A DNA stretch of 44,249 nucleotides from Reclinomonas americana ATCC 50394 (GCA_048213135.1 PS015546.1:6740-50988); one strand, 5' to 3'; positions 26,151-38,209 are shown, numbered from the stretch's first letter. Notes: generated by a model from the letters alone, not told the origin. A program made the numbers and translations.

Positions 26151-29100
26151 TCAATTAATAGTCGACTTGCGAGCGGCACCGCCAGTGGGGCTTGCGCCTG
26201 GCGATGCGGATCCCGAGCCGAATCGATTGGCGCTGGCGGTGGTGATGGCCGCTGTAGTGGCCGTCACTGCCACAGACACAGAAGTACGTGAGTGTGTGAA
26301 ACAGTTTCCCTGTGAACGAAGACGCCGCAAACATACTTTGTCGCATTGGGAGTGGCTGGGTGTGCTCCAGCACCTCATCGATGACGACCTCCTGCAGATC
26401 CTTGCGCGTGATAATGCCCACCAGTCGATTAGATTCGTCGACTGCGTGTACGCGCACTGCGTGTGAGAACGATGGTTCCGCAGCATGAGACGGATAGGGA
26501 GACACACGTACCCACGGGCAAGTGACGCAAGCCGACGGCACGGAACAGGCGGAATGACTTGTGTGCTACATCGCGATTCTCAGCAAGAGGAGGAGATTGT
26601 GTTGAGGAAGAGAGTAACGCACCGGAAGTGAGCTCATTGACGACTAGCGGATGTGGGTTGTAGTACAGCGTAATGTCGATCCACAGATCGCGGTCCTCTG
26701 TGCATCACAGAACGTTGTTGAGCATCGTGCGCGAGACTTGACAAGAGACAGACACATACCGGGTTCGACTTGGATTCGCTCCAGCTTCGGTGGCCGCGGG
26801 TATGCGAGATAGGCAAACTGCTTCGCGGTCACGTAATTCGTGTGCACGTCTGGCGTGCTGCGCTCCGGCTGCACGACAACACAATAATCGTCAACAAGCA
26901 CAGCAACACGTAATATGAGAGAGAATGAAGGACGCAACATAGGAGATGAGCGAGTATGGCACATTCTGGAAGGCCTTCAAGTGGAGGATGAGCAGCAATT
27001 GCTGCCGAGGTGAAGAAGACGGAGAAGTAAAGCAGTGAGCAACACCACATCAGCCACGCTCGATTGTGCAGTCGTAATTCGTTCGCACCGAGCGCAGAAT
27101 CATGCCCTTGAAGATCTGACCCTGGCCACCCTCATGGTCCTCCACTGGCACCACCGGGAACCCATTGTGTGTGGTCGTTTTCAGCAGCTGGGTGTTCACG
27201 CCTCGGTGAGCCAACGTGAACAAGCAGCAATGACTCCACAAGCACAATGACGCACATCGTATATCACGCCGACACGCTCCACTAGTCTCAGGGTCCTGAC
27301 TGGCGTCGACATGATGTCACTGTAGGAGGCGGAGAAAATGAGAAGAAGTGTGCGAGCAGCACACTCGGACGGCCACGCACCGAGCGGTGAGTTTTCTCAT
27401 CTGATGCGACGGCTCAAACTCCAGCAGTGGCACATGCTTGAGATGAATGTGCAAATCGTAGATGCCGCAGGTGAACAGGTCACCGACGAGCTTCGAGACC
27501 ATGATGGTGAGCATGATAACAAGGCCGAAGGAGATGTCTGTGCGCTGCAAGTGTCAGGCCATACGTCATCACACACACCGAGCTGCACTCCACACTCCGC
27601 ACCATTGGTGGCCTCCAGCAAAATGACAGTCAACGAGCTGCGTTTCGTGGTGTGTGAGCCACACGATGCGCGTACATGGCAGGAGCGCAGCAACGCAACA
27701 TTGTCATGCGAGCAATGCCGCCCAGCATGCCACTCGCGCCAAGCAGAGCGTACGTGCCCACATCAATGTCCAGACCAACAATGTTGCGCAAAAAATGACC
27801 ATACAGACGGCCAATAGAGGCTCCCGCCAGCAGGCTCGGCACAAATAGGCCCGACGGCACCGAGATGCCGTACGTCAGAATCGCCAGCAAATAGTAGTAC
27901 GGTATGAAAATGGCCAGACTCGACAGGGAGTACGCTGGAGGTTGTCAAAGTCAGCCAGCAACACAGCGTGAGAAGGGAAGAGTGGACGCACAGTCTTGGT
28001 AGTGGAACAGAGCCTTGATGGTGTCTTCTTGCCGATTGAACAGCAGCGTGGCACTGGTGCTAAACTGTTCTTTCGGACAGTAAAAGCTGCCATGGAACAG
28101 TCAGTTAGTGAGCAACAAAGGTAGGCACGCGCGCACACCCACCTCTTCAAGTAATCATTCTCCTGGGAGAAGATCCAGTCGGGCAGCAGTTTGTTGGTGG
28201 GTCGCGCCATGCAGTTTTGATCAAAGTACGGAATGATGAAGCCAAAAAGCGACGTAATCAGCGTGACAATGGCCACCTGTTGGTCCGCACAGAGTGTGAG
28301 AAAGAGCCAGGGAACTAACAAACAAACTTCTCACTCTCGCCCGCACACACACCTCGAGTACTCTCCGCCACGGGCGCGGGTGGACCCACTTTTGTCGCCA
28401 CAACGTGAGACGGCGATTCAAAAAGATGAAAAACGCTCCCAGCAGGCCGCCAACGACACCGAGGAACATGAACAGCGGCAACTCCCAGAACTGGTAGTGC
28501 GTGCTCTCAATGTAAATCACAGTCTGATTGCCGACCTGGTATTCCTTGGCCACGGTGAACTGGCCAAAGCTGAGCAGGCCTGCATCGCGAACGTGGATGA
28601 GAAGGCATCCACAATAAAAAAAAGCACAGAGCAGGCGAGCACGCACCAGGAGTGGACAACGAGCCCCACGAGCCATTATTGATGCCCGACAAGAAAATAT
28701 CCAGCACAAAAGTGGTGATGATGCAGCAAAAGTACGTGCGCCACGTGAGCTCCTGCTTCCAGAACGACGCCGCCTCCTCCAGTGCAAACAGTGTGCCACC
28801 CGTCGGTGCGCCAAAGGCCGCCGCCACACCTGAAACATCAATGTGTGTGAGCAGAGTTCAACAAACTTGCTGAATCAACGCCACCGCACCTGCGGCGGCA
28901 CCGGCCGACACAAAGTCGCGCTTGTCGTGATCGTTGTGGAACGAGTGCATCGGCAGGTTCCATCGCAGCGAGCGCGAGCCGAGCTGGCTAATGCCGGAGC
29001 CCACAATGGCGCCCGAGTGGATCATGGGACCCTCTTTGCCAATGGCCAGACCGCCACTGACCGAGAAGAGAATGCCCACGGCCTTGGAGATGAGTGCCTT

Positions 29101-30105
29101 CAGACGCACAACATGCGGTACGCGATTGCCGTTCAGGTAGCTCTTGATTTCGGGAATGCCCGAACCGCCAGCCACCATCTGCCACAGCGCCGTGAGAGGA
29201 TGCGAAAAGGGAGAAGGAGTGGTGTATGATGCGCACCTCGATCTTGACCACCAACATTGTGGCAATGAACGTCATCACCAGGTTGAAGCTGACAAAGACG
29301 AGCAGTGGCAGGATGAAGCCGCCATTGCTCTTGATCACTGCGTCAGAGAACATGAGCACGCGTACGGCAGGAGAGAAAAAGAGAGAACGAGAGCGCAGTC
29401 GCGCTCACCATCCACTGTCCACGAGTACTTGAGGCCTACAAGCGTGTGTGCGACACAAAGTCAGTCGAAGCGCGCAAGGGAGAGCGGAGAGCAGAGCGAT
29501 AGAGCGGACAGCGATGCAGCGGAACAATGCCAAACCTGTGAACAACTTGACAAAATAGTCGATAAACACGGCCACGAGCGCCGTAATCACGGCAATCCAG
29601 AACATGAGGAACCACCTCATAAAGTTCTCCCACGAGCGTTGCTGTTCTCTCAACGATATGAACTCTCAATCCCGACGACGACAACAACAACAAACAAACA
29701 ACAAACCCGATCGGTCTTGTCAAGCTGCTCCTTCATGTTGACATAGCACTCGTTGATATCATAGTCCAAGCTCATCGGGAGACGAAGGAGAGACTCTAAG
29801 CCTCATGCCACAACATGACGCACTCAATGCAACTCACCTCTCATACTTTTGCATGGACGCCAACACCTTGCGCACATTCTCACTGGGCGCTGGTCGCGGA
29901 GCAGTCAGCGGAGGCACTGCCTCACCATATCGATCACCAAGCTCGTTGTTGCCCTCGCGCAAGGCAACTGCAGGCGCATGCGCAGATCCACTCACAGAAC
30001 CACCGCGCGGTCTCACTGTGACACACGGTGTGAGCGCGCGCCTCTGTAGGCGTGTGTGAGAGAGAGAGAGAGAGACGCACCGAGCAGTGGTTGCCGCTCA
30101 TCCAT
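26151..30105 (-). CDS. CLC chloride/proton exchanger, ClC-6/7-like, with two CBS domains
   Basis: [26 protein letters not shown] (gating Glu), [17 protein letters not shown] (proton Glu), [26 protein letters not shown] motifs HNGFPVV and [17 protein letters not shown]-terminus MDERQPLL. Confidence 0.93.
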
Positions 30106-30149
30106 CGCGCGTGTGTCAGAGTGTCCTGTGACTTCTCTTTCTTTGACGA

Positions 30150-30771
30150 ATGGAGAACGAAGCAGTGCGCGTGTTCACCGAGGACGACCTGGTGATGCCT
30201 CCCAGTGTCAGCGTGCTCCCGCGTGCAGTGGTTCCAAGTGGAAGTGTGCCTTCGTGCGCGCGCGAGGCCGCCGAGGCCGCACTCTGCCTGGAGAGACACA
30301 AGACGGCCGCGCTGTGTCAGACCGTGGTCGGCACCTACGTGCGCTGCAAGCACACTCGAGTTACGTGCACACACATGAGCGTACACGAGGGGTGTGGCGC
30401 TGACTGTGGTGTGCAGGATCGAGAGGCAGCGCGGGCGGCACTGCGCGGCGAGTGCGCCCTCGTGCAGCGCATGGACGAGGCGCAGTATGAGAGCACGCGA
30501 GCGGGGTTGGCCGAGGCCGCGGAGCAGCTGGGCAGGAGAGCGCGTGCGGAACGGAGGGCGGCGATCATGTTGCAGGGACAGCAGGTGGCGGCGGAGCAGC
30601 AGAGTGCGCATTTCTTCCGCTGGTTCCAGCGGCGATTGGACGAGGAGTTTCTGCGGAAACGCGTGCAGAATGTTGCGTGTGCCTGTATACGATGCGTTAC
30701 CGCTGGGCTCATCCGTGTGCGCACAGGCGGAACGGTGTTGGAAGGAGCGCAAGGCAACTGAGGACAAGTAA
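30150..30771 (+). CDS. Hypothetical helical/coiled-coil protein (3 exons)
   Basis: MENEAVRVFTEDD...ALCQTV|DREAARAAL...RKRVQN|AERCWKERKATEDK*, with in-frame GT-AG introns. Confidence 0.55.
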
Positions 30772-30814
30772 AAGGGCGATTTGTAATAATCAAATGGCGT
30801 TTCTCGCTCGTCGG

Positions 30815-31737
30815 TCACACGGATGAGTAATAGGCGCCGGTGACCTCGGCAGGCCGGCTCTGTATGCAACACGATCAGCAACGGAAACCTGCAAACAAAA
30901 ACAAGAAACACGCAACATCGCCAGCAGCAGCTGCAGACGCGCTCGGCGGTCCATTCTTCGGCGCCGGTGCATGACTGTGCTGACTGTGCGTATCCGCATC
31001 GTCGCCAATCGCCGCAAAGCCGCGTCGCTCCGACGGCGATCCGTAGTCACCAAAGAGCATTGTGGCCACAAAGAGGTAGGCGAACCAGCCGAGCAGCGAA
31101 AAGAACATGCCGATAAAAGCGACGTAGGAATCGTTGCAGACGTTGACGGTGGCGCCGTCGCAGCCGCGCGTGCGGTCGCCCCACACCTTGATCAGACCGC
31201 CGATGAACAAAAAGTAGATGGCGAGCACGACTTGCGTGATGAAGGTCGACACGCCGTGGATTTGCAGGCGGCCGGTGAGGAACATCCACACGAGAAGGAA
31301 GGGCGCGGTCACCAGGAACAAGATCTCCGTCCAGAAGTCCTTGGAAAAGGGAAGAGAGGGTAAGGCAGAGCTGCGTGTGTGTGTGTGTGTGTGTGGAGGG
31401 GCGAGGGGGCTGCAGCGCAACTCGAGTGTTGGCAAACGTCTCTGCATTTGTGTTGTTCGCAAAGTGTTGAGCGACATGTCTCACGCGCGCACTCGCACTC
31501 TCTGTCTCTCACTTACGAACCTTGGTTCATGAAGGCGATGAAGGCCGAGATGAACATAATGTAGCCGATCTGCAGACGAGGCGTGAGCGAGGCAGTGACC
31601 GGAAAAACATGCATTAGTGGTGTGTGTGCGGAAATAACACATGCATGCATGTAAAGAGAGGGACGCACCACCATGATGCCGCAGAGGATCATCACAATGA
31701 GGTGGCGGTGGCGCTGCACTTGGTCGGTGAGAGACAT
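30815..31737 (-). CDS. Four-transmembrane protein of unknown family (tetraspan/MARVEL-like topology)
   Basis: MSLTDQVQRHRHLIVMILCGIMV|IGYIMFISAFIAFMNQG|DFWTEILFLVTAPFLLVWMFL...C-x6-C loop...|SRPAEVTGAYYSSV*. Four hydrophobic segments; last acceptor chosen from branch-site context. Confidence 0.7.
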
Positions 31738-31822
31738 TTGCGTGGAGCTCGATGAATGAAAGAACACTTGTCCTGCAAAACAATTGGGGTTTATTGTACA
31801 ACTTCTTCTCCTCCTTCCACGC

Positions 31823-32786
31823 TTACACAGCCTCCACAGCAGTGGCAGCATTCTGCGTTGTCGCCTGCTGCTGCTGTTGCTGCTGTTTGTTGTAATACGA
31901 GTTGTCCTGCGCCGTTGGTGTCGCTGCCGGTCGCGTGGGCAGCGCACGCAGGTCCTCCACGGCCATCTCGCCATTGGCCAGTCGCAGCACGAGATCCAAA
32001 GTCAGCATGCGGCGCACAATCTTCAGCGCAGACTTGTCCTGTATATCGAGTGAGCGACGTCGTGATGCTACTTTTGTTGTTACAGAGCCACGCAACAGTG
32101 AGCTTCTCCAATGGCGCCTCGCCCATGGTCGTCAGCAGCAACTCCGCCTGCTCCGCCGTCATGCTCGGTCGCTTGGCACTGAGCGCCGACATGAGCTTCC
32201 CGTCAAGCATCGCCTCCCACACGACCTCCAGCAACTGCGGCACCTGCTGCACCGTCAACATGCACTCCTCACTGCTCTCCGCCTCAAACGCCTTGTGCCA
32301 CGCCGTGGCGAACTCGAGCGAGCCCACAAACGAGTCGACCCACGCGCGCACTCGCATTGTCGCCGCATGCGACACACACTGCTTGTTGTTGTTGCTGTTG
32401 CTGGTGGTGACTGCTGAAGGCAATGGTGTGTGATACGTGGAGGCAGAGCTAGGCTCGCTGTCGTCGATGAACATCTCAATCACGGCCAAGTTGAGCGGCG
32501 GAAGAAGTACACCAACTTGGGACTTCTCCTCGGTTCCGACATTGTTGGTGTTGGCCGTGGTCGCCGACACCTCGTCGCTCGCTGAGCTCGGCATCCAGCT
32601 CACCTCATCGTCCTCCTCATTGGTGGTGGCGGCAGTGATCACTGCTCGCGCAGGCGAGGAGGGCGCAGAGAGCACTTGCTGGAAGAAGCCGGGCAGCTGC
32701 AGAGGCGCATCAGCCATGGGCACGAGACTCGCAAAGGGCTTGTCATTGTTGAAGTCTTGCGACTTGCTGCAGGCGCATCCACCCAT
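31823..32786 (-). CDS. Hypothetical protein with predicted N-myristoylation/palmitoylation (MGGCACS)
   Basis: Long exon 32786-32097, GTTGCGT donor, then second exon DKSALKIVRRMLTLDLVLRLANG...AVEAV*. Confidence 0.6.
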
Positions 32787-32930
32787 CTTTCTGCACGCGT
32801 GTGTGTGAGTGGGAAGCGCACTTGGGACGGAAGATGATCAAAATGAATCACCTTGTCTTTGCTCCGACGATAATGGAAGATCAAGAAAGCGGACAGGACC
32901 GCCACTCGCTCACTCACACTCGCTCACACG

Positions 32931-34765
32931 ATGCCCGACAGCTCATCGGTGGACCTGAGCGACTCGGAGCAGTTGCGTGAACACGTGCGACGCGTTCTCA
33001 AAGAGTGTGAATCATTCATTACGCACACACGTCGCGCGCGCACACGCACAGCTTCGTGCCCAATAAGCTGCTCATTCCTCCACCTGCGCCTCCACCACCG
33101 CCACCACCTGCGCGACTGCCACCTGGGCTCACACGCGCGGCCAACACAGCCGCGCTGCTGTCCATGTCACCGCCGTCGTTCCCGCCACCAGTGCTCATTC
33201 GCGAGCGATCATCGTACGCGCCTGCTCCTCCTCTGCCTCCACTGGTGGTTGTGTCAGACTCGACTGCGTGGTGGCAGCCGCCCAGTCGACCGGCGCCACA
33301 GCTGCCACCAGCCACGCGAGCAGCAGCAGCGGAGGAAGAAGAACAGGAGGAAGCACCATCGCCGCCTTCGCCTCCTCCTCCTGCGCCTGCTCGTGCGCAC
33401 CACCTCCACCAGTACAGTGCATCGGGGGAATCGATCATACAGGCAGTGCCGGCACCACAGCCGCACTCGTCGCGGCGATCGTCGTCGCGTGCGAGGAAGC
33501 GAAGGCGGCGACGAGAAGAGTGCGGGACGGCGTGTCGTGTGGTGCTGTTTGCGGGCGATGATGGCGAGGCGAGTGAGCGGGCGCTGGGTCGCCTCAACCG
33601 TCGCCAGCATGTGATTCGTGCGCCAATGATGCGTAGGCGACGCCTGATCCAGCTGCGCGCGGAGCATGAGGAGCGGGAGCGGCGAGTGGACAGTGAGGCC
33701 ACCACGCCTTCCACGGCAGCGGCGGCGGTCTTGACGGTGAGCGATGCGATGCTGGAGACGGATGAGACGACGCCGACGGCTGCAGCGGGTGCGGGTGTTG
33801 TGCTGGAGGTTCCGTCGTCGTCGTGGGTGGGCCTGTCGGCCACGGCGTCGTCGGCGGCGCTGACCGATAGTGAGACGGCGTCGATGGCCACGGCGGCTGC
33901 GCTCGCCGTGGCGCACAACCCCGCGCTGCAGCGGTGGCACTGGACGCTGTCGCCGGCGTTCACGCTGGCGCGTGGACTCGTGGTGCCGCCGCACAACACC
34001 GGTTCGTACCTGACGACCAACACCTCGTCGTCGATCACCATTACGGCTGGTGATGGGGCGCGTCTCGGCGGCGACACGGGCACCACCACCACCGAGGCCG
34101 ACGCGGCACCGCTGACGCTCGACACCTCCTCCAGCGACATGCTCGACGCGGAGGAGGAGGCTGGTGAGACCGGCAGCGCCGGCAGCGGTGGCGGCGGGTG
34201 GACGTACATTGAGAATCGCGCTGCGCTGTTTCTCGAGCAGCGATCCGAGGGGCAGCGAGACGATCGGTGGCTGCTCACCCTCAACGAGCAGTACAATACG
34301 TGGAGTGGTGAGGGGGAGGGGGGAGAAGGGGGGAGAAGGGGGGAGAAGGGGAGGCGAAGGGAGAAGGGGAAGGAAGGGGAAGGGGAAGGGGAAGGGGAAG
34401 AGAGGAAGGAGAAGAGGAAGGGGAGAGGAAGAGGGAAGCAGAAGGGGAAAGGAGGAAGGGGAAGAGGAGGGAAGAGAATGAGAGGTAGGCGAAAGGGGGC
34501 AGACGGAAGGGGGAAGAGAAGAAGAAGTGGGAAGGGTGAAGGGGGAACGAGGGGACCGCGCAGGGGCAAGATGGAGGGGTTTTATTATGTGCAATGCTGA
34601 CGGTGATGTGCGCAGGTTCACTGCGTGCGCGCGCTCGTGCTGCACGCACCAGTGTGGCGGCGTTGTGGCTGGCACCGGCGAGAACTGGTGCGTTCTGTTC
34701 ATTCTTAAGAGGGTATGACTGGTGTGGAGAGTGTTGACTGTCACGCAGCTGCGGCACCACCATGA
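32931..34765 (+). CDS. Hypothetical low-complexity, probably nuclear protein (Pro-rich, Arg cluster, PPHNT motif); 3' exons uncertain
   Basis: MPDSSSVDLSDSEQLREHVRRVLK| then large exon ~33052-34307 containing RARKRRRRR and LARGLVVPPHNTGSYL; intron 34308-34615. Confidence 0.55.
34308..34570 (+). repeat. Homopurine (GGGGA/GAAGGG) low-complexity intronic tract
   Basis: About 260 bp almost entirely G/A, between a GTGAGG donor and the branch/acceptor region. Confidence 0.9.
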
Positions 34766-35365
34766 GGAGACGAGGTGGAGAGAGTTGGTTTCCTCCTAGT
34801 GATGGCAGAACAAGTCATGTGACCTGCTCACTGGATGTGGTGAGTGTGGGAGGGATGATGGTTGGTTTTTCGATCTCCTTCTCAAGCGTGCTGCTGTGTG
34901 GCAGAGAGAAGGAGGCGCTGAGCGGGCGAAGCGCCCGCACGAGAAGCGCTCGGTCACAGAACGGCCGGGGTCCAGTGAGATATCGCTGGAACGCTCGATG
35001 TCGACAACCATCGTGTAGCATGAAGAGTACAAGTGGTGGCATGATACCCCAGTCGGTGTGTTGGAATCGCCGCGGATTATGAACAGCCCAAGTCCTTGCA
35101 GCTTTTTTGGACTCGCCGCGGTGTATGGGAGGGCAAGTGCTGCCCTGTCACAGAGATTGGTGAGGAGTAATACAGTTGTCACCGTAGCGCTGATGCACGA
35201 AGAGGTGTAGGGCGTTGCCGAGTCCTGGTAGCTGCGTTGGACTCACCGCGGTGCATGGGAGTACACATGCTGCTGTTCGCTGCAGGTTGTTGCCGAGTCC
35301 TTCCTCGGTTGTTTCAAGTTGACGGTGATTGCTGCCGCACCCTGTACACACCATCAACGCACCAT

Positions 35366-36830
35366 TCACTCTTCGTCTTCGTCCATCATCTGCGCCGCCA
35401 TCTCCATGTCCACATCGTCGGGTTCGGGCACCGAGTTGGCCGCCTGCTCCTGCGTTATCGGCTGCTGCTGCTGCTGCTGCTGCTGACTGAGTCTCTTCAG
35501 CTCCAACGCCCGTTCGTAGTTCTCTTCCACTTTCCGCGCCTCGTCAAAGTCCATTTCCGCCTCCTCCGATGGTGACTGCGCACGAGAGCTCTGCACGCGC
35601 GCGCATACGTCAGCAACCTGCAGGTGGCGCGCGCGAGTGTGTGGGTGTGTGCAACACGCACCGCTCGACTCGACTCTTCTCCGTCGCTCTCCTGGTGAAT
35701 CGTCCACTCCTGCTCGCCATCGTCGTCGTCGTCGTCGTCGTGATTGTCGCGACGCGGTGGAGCGGCATTGGCCCGCTTGTTGCCAGCCCGGGCCTGCTGC
35801 CGAGGCGGCGGTGAAGGTGAGTCGCGAGCTCCCGGCATGGCCGCCTCGCGCAACACGTCGAAATCGGGGAACTCCTCCTCGGGCGGCGCATCCACACCAC
35901 GCAGCTTGCGATTCAGCCGATGCAACTCCTCCTACGCGCCCATCGTGAGTATAAACGCATACACAGGCACGCCTGCTTCTCCAAGCGACAGACCTCAATC
36001 TCCTGCCGCCGTCCCCAGTGCGAGATCTCGTCGCAAAAGTCGGCAAACCTGGCGTTCGGGAACACATCGTGCGCCCACGCCTGCATCACCTCCAGCAGCG
36101 CACGCAAATCGCGCCCCTCCTGTCCCGCTCCACGCAAACGCACCGCCTTGCACTGTGCCAGCAGCGACTCCAAGCCACGCGATCCCAGCAGCACCGGCGG
36201 CTGCAACTTGGGCTTCGGCGTCCGCTTGCTCTTCAGCACCGGCGCCGGCTCGCCACCCGGGACGTTCACTGTGCGCGTGCAGGCATGAGACAGATGCGGA
36301 AAGGGGGTGGGGTTGGGGGAGAAGAGGCGACGAAACGGGGATCGTGTGCCTCCACCAGCATCGGGTCGTCGCCAGCACCGCCAGCAGTGGTCACCACAGC
36401 GCGGTTGGCGCGGCCTTCTTGCAGAGAGACCATCGGTGGCATGCGAGAGGAAGAGGAGGAGGAGGGAGCGGCGGCCGCAGCAGCAGCCGCTCGTTGCTGT
36501 GAGAATAGGGAAGGTGAGAGAGGGGTAAGGGAGGGAGGAGAGGAAGAGACAGTGAAAGAGAGACGAGGATAAGATGACTTGGGCAGAGTTCGAGAGCGAG
36601 GACAAGGACAGCAGAGAAAGGAGGCAAGGGGACGTGACAGACTTGGAGACACTAGAGAAAGGAGGGAGAGTGTGGTGGAGAGAGATGAGGAGGGTGCAAG
36701 TGACTGGGGCACAGAGAGAGAGGAAACAGGAAGAGAGAGACAGACGAGTTACACTCTTGCCCTCCCTCTCTTGCCCTCTCTCTCTCACTCACGCAACTGA
36801 ACGTGCCGATCGCCCATACAAGTCACTCAT
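35366..36830 (-). CDS. TIPIN: TIMELESS-interacting protein / Swi3 / Csm3 (replication fork protection)
   Basis: Swi3 domain: KRTPKPKLQPPVLLGSRGLESL..RLRGAGQEGRDLRALLEVMQAWAHDVFPNARFADFCDEISHWGRRQEIE; acidic tail. First exon MSDLYGRSARS is inferred. Confidence 0.85.
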
Positions 36831-36928
36831 TCTCCACAACAGATAAGGGTTTGCTAAGAATGGCGGGAGGCGCAGCGAGCACCGATTGTCATTTGTCACT
36901 GCATCACCGACTTCGCGATCACACGCAG

Positions 36929-37380
36929 ATGGGCACCAACACCGAGATCTTCCTCGTCGGCACCGCGCTGTTCCTCATCCTCGGCATTGTCGCCTGGATC
37001 GTCACGTGCTTTGTGAACAAGGACAAGGGGTGAGTGTGTGTGGACATCTCACGCACTTGCACACACACGCACTCTCTCATTGATGCACACTGCGTTCTCT
37101 CTCTCTCTCGTCTTCGCGTGTGTGCATGTGTGGAAAGTGCGTGTGCGCGCGCGAGAGAGAGAGGGAAAGAGCGTGACAAGCGTGAAGAGGACATGACTTG
37201 GATGGCTCACTCTTCTCACTCACGTACGCACGCACGCACACTGTGTCACCAATGCACACTGCTCTGTCTGTGTGTATGAGCGCGTGCACGTGTGCAGCGA
37301 GAGACAGAGAGAGACAGGCACATGAGGATGACTTGAATGACTCACTCTTCTCTCACACACTGATGCACACTGCTCTGTTT

Positions 37381-37415
<35 letters not shown>

Positions 37416-37787
37416 TGTGTGTATGAGCAAGCACGTGCACATGCTGCGAGAGAGAGGCAAGCACATGAGGATGACTTGTATGACTCACTCTTCTCTTCAC
37501 ACACACACACACACACCAATGCACACTGCTCTCTCTCTCTCACACACACACACACTCACACACACTGCATGTTGTGCATGTGCGGTGAGAGAAGAGAGAG
37601 ACAAGCACATGAGGATGACTTGTATGACTCACTCTTCTCTCTCTCTTTCTCTCTCTCTCTCTCCTGTCTCTCTCACAGGCTGGCACGCGCGAATGTGTTC
37701 TTGACGACCTTCTCGTTGTGGCTCTTCTGGTTGATGGTGTTCCTGTCACAGATGAATCCGATTGTTGCACCAACACCTTATGATTGA
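36929..37787 (+). CDS. ATP6V0E: V-type ATPase V0 subunit e (Vma9)
   Basis: Two exons: MGTNTEIFLVGTALFLILGIVAWIVTCFVNKDKG|LARANVFLTTFSLWLFWLMVFLSQMNPIVAPTPYD*. Two TM helices and the WLxW..xLxQxNPxxxP signature. Confidence 0.9.
37070..37665 (+). repeat. Degenerate ~140 bp tandem repeat (about 4 units) in the V-ATPase e intron
   Basis: Recurring CAAGCACATGAGGATGACTTGTATGACTCACTCTTCTCT and ATGCACACTGCTCT blocks separated by CA/GT/GA microsatellites. Confidence 0.85.
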
Positions 37788-38209
37788 GTTCTGTGTTTTG
37801 TGTGCGTTTTTTACTTTGTGTTTTTGTGGGATTGTGTCTGTGATGTGGTGGCGAGTGTGTGTATAATGCATCAGTTGGAGTGTGTGCAGCGTTTCTGTTT
37901 TTCTGGTGCGGATTTGGCTTTTTTTGTGTGATGCATTTGTCGTGATGCAGTTGGTTGTGAACTGAGACAGGAGGGAGGGAGTGAGATGAGGAAACAGAGA
38001 AGGGGGACAGATGCACCTTCGCTGTCTCTCATTCTGATGAACTGAGAGACGAGGGAAGGAAGAGAAGAGACATGGCGACAGAGAGGAGGACAGACAACGG
38101 TAGAGTGAGAGTATACGAAAGACTACGGTCGCTGTCTCTCTGTCCACAAGGGCGGCAGAGGCGAGGGAGGGGTGATGCTTTCGAGACTCTCTCTCATTTC
38201 TCATTCTGC

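Noticed and set aside
33019-34744. Long minus-strand ORFs (516 aa and 496 aa)
   Set aside because: They run through a homopyrimidine tract with no stops. Splice signals and the ATG support the plus-strand gene.
37318-37367. C/D-like ATGAGGA...CTGA in a V-ATPase e intron repeat unit
   Set aside because: Only ~50 nt long, and the CTGA is absent from the other repeat copies.
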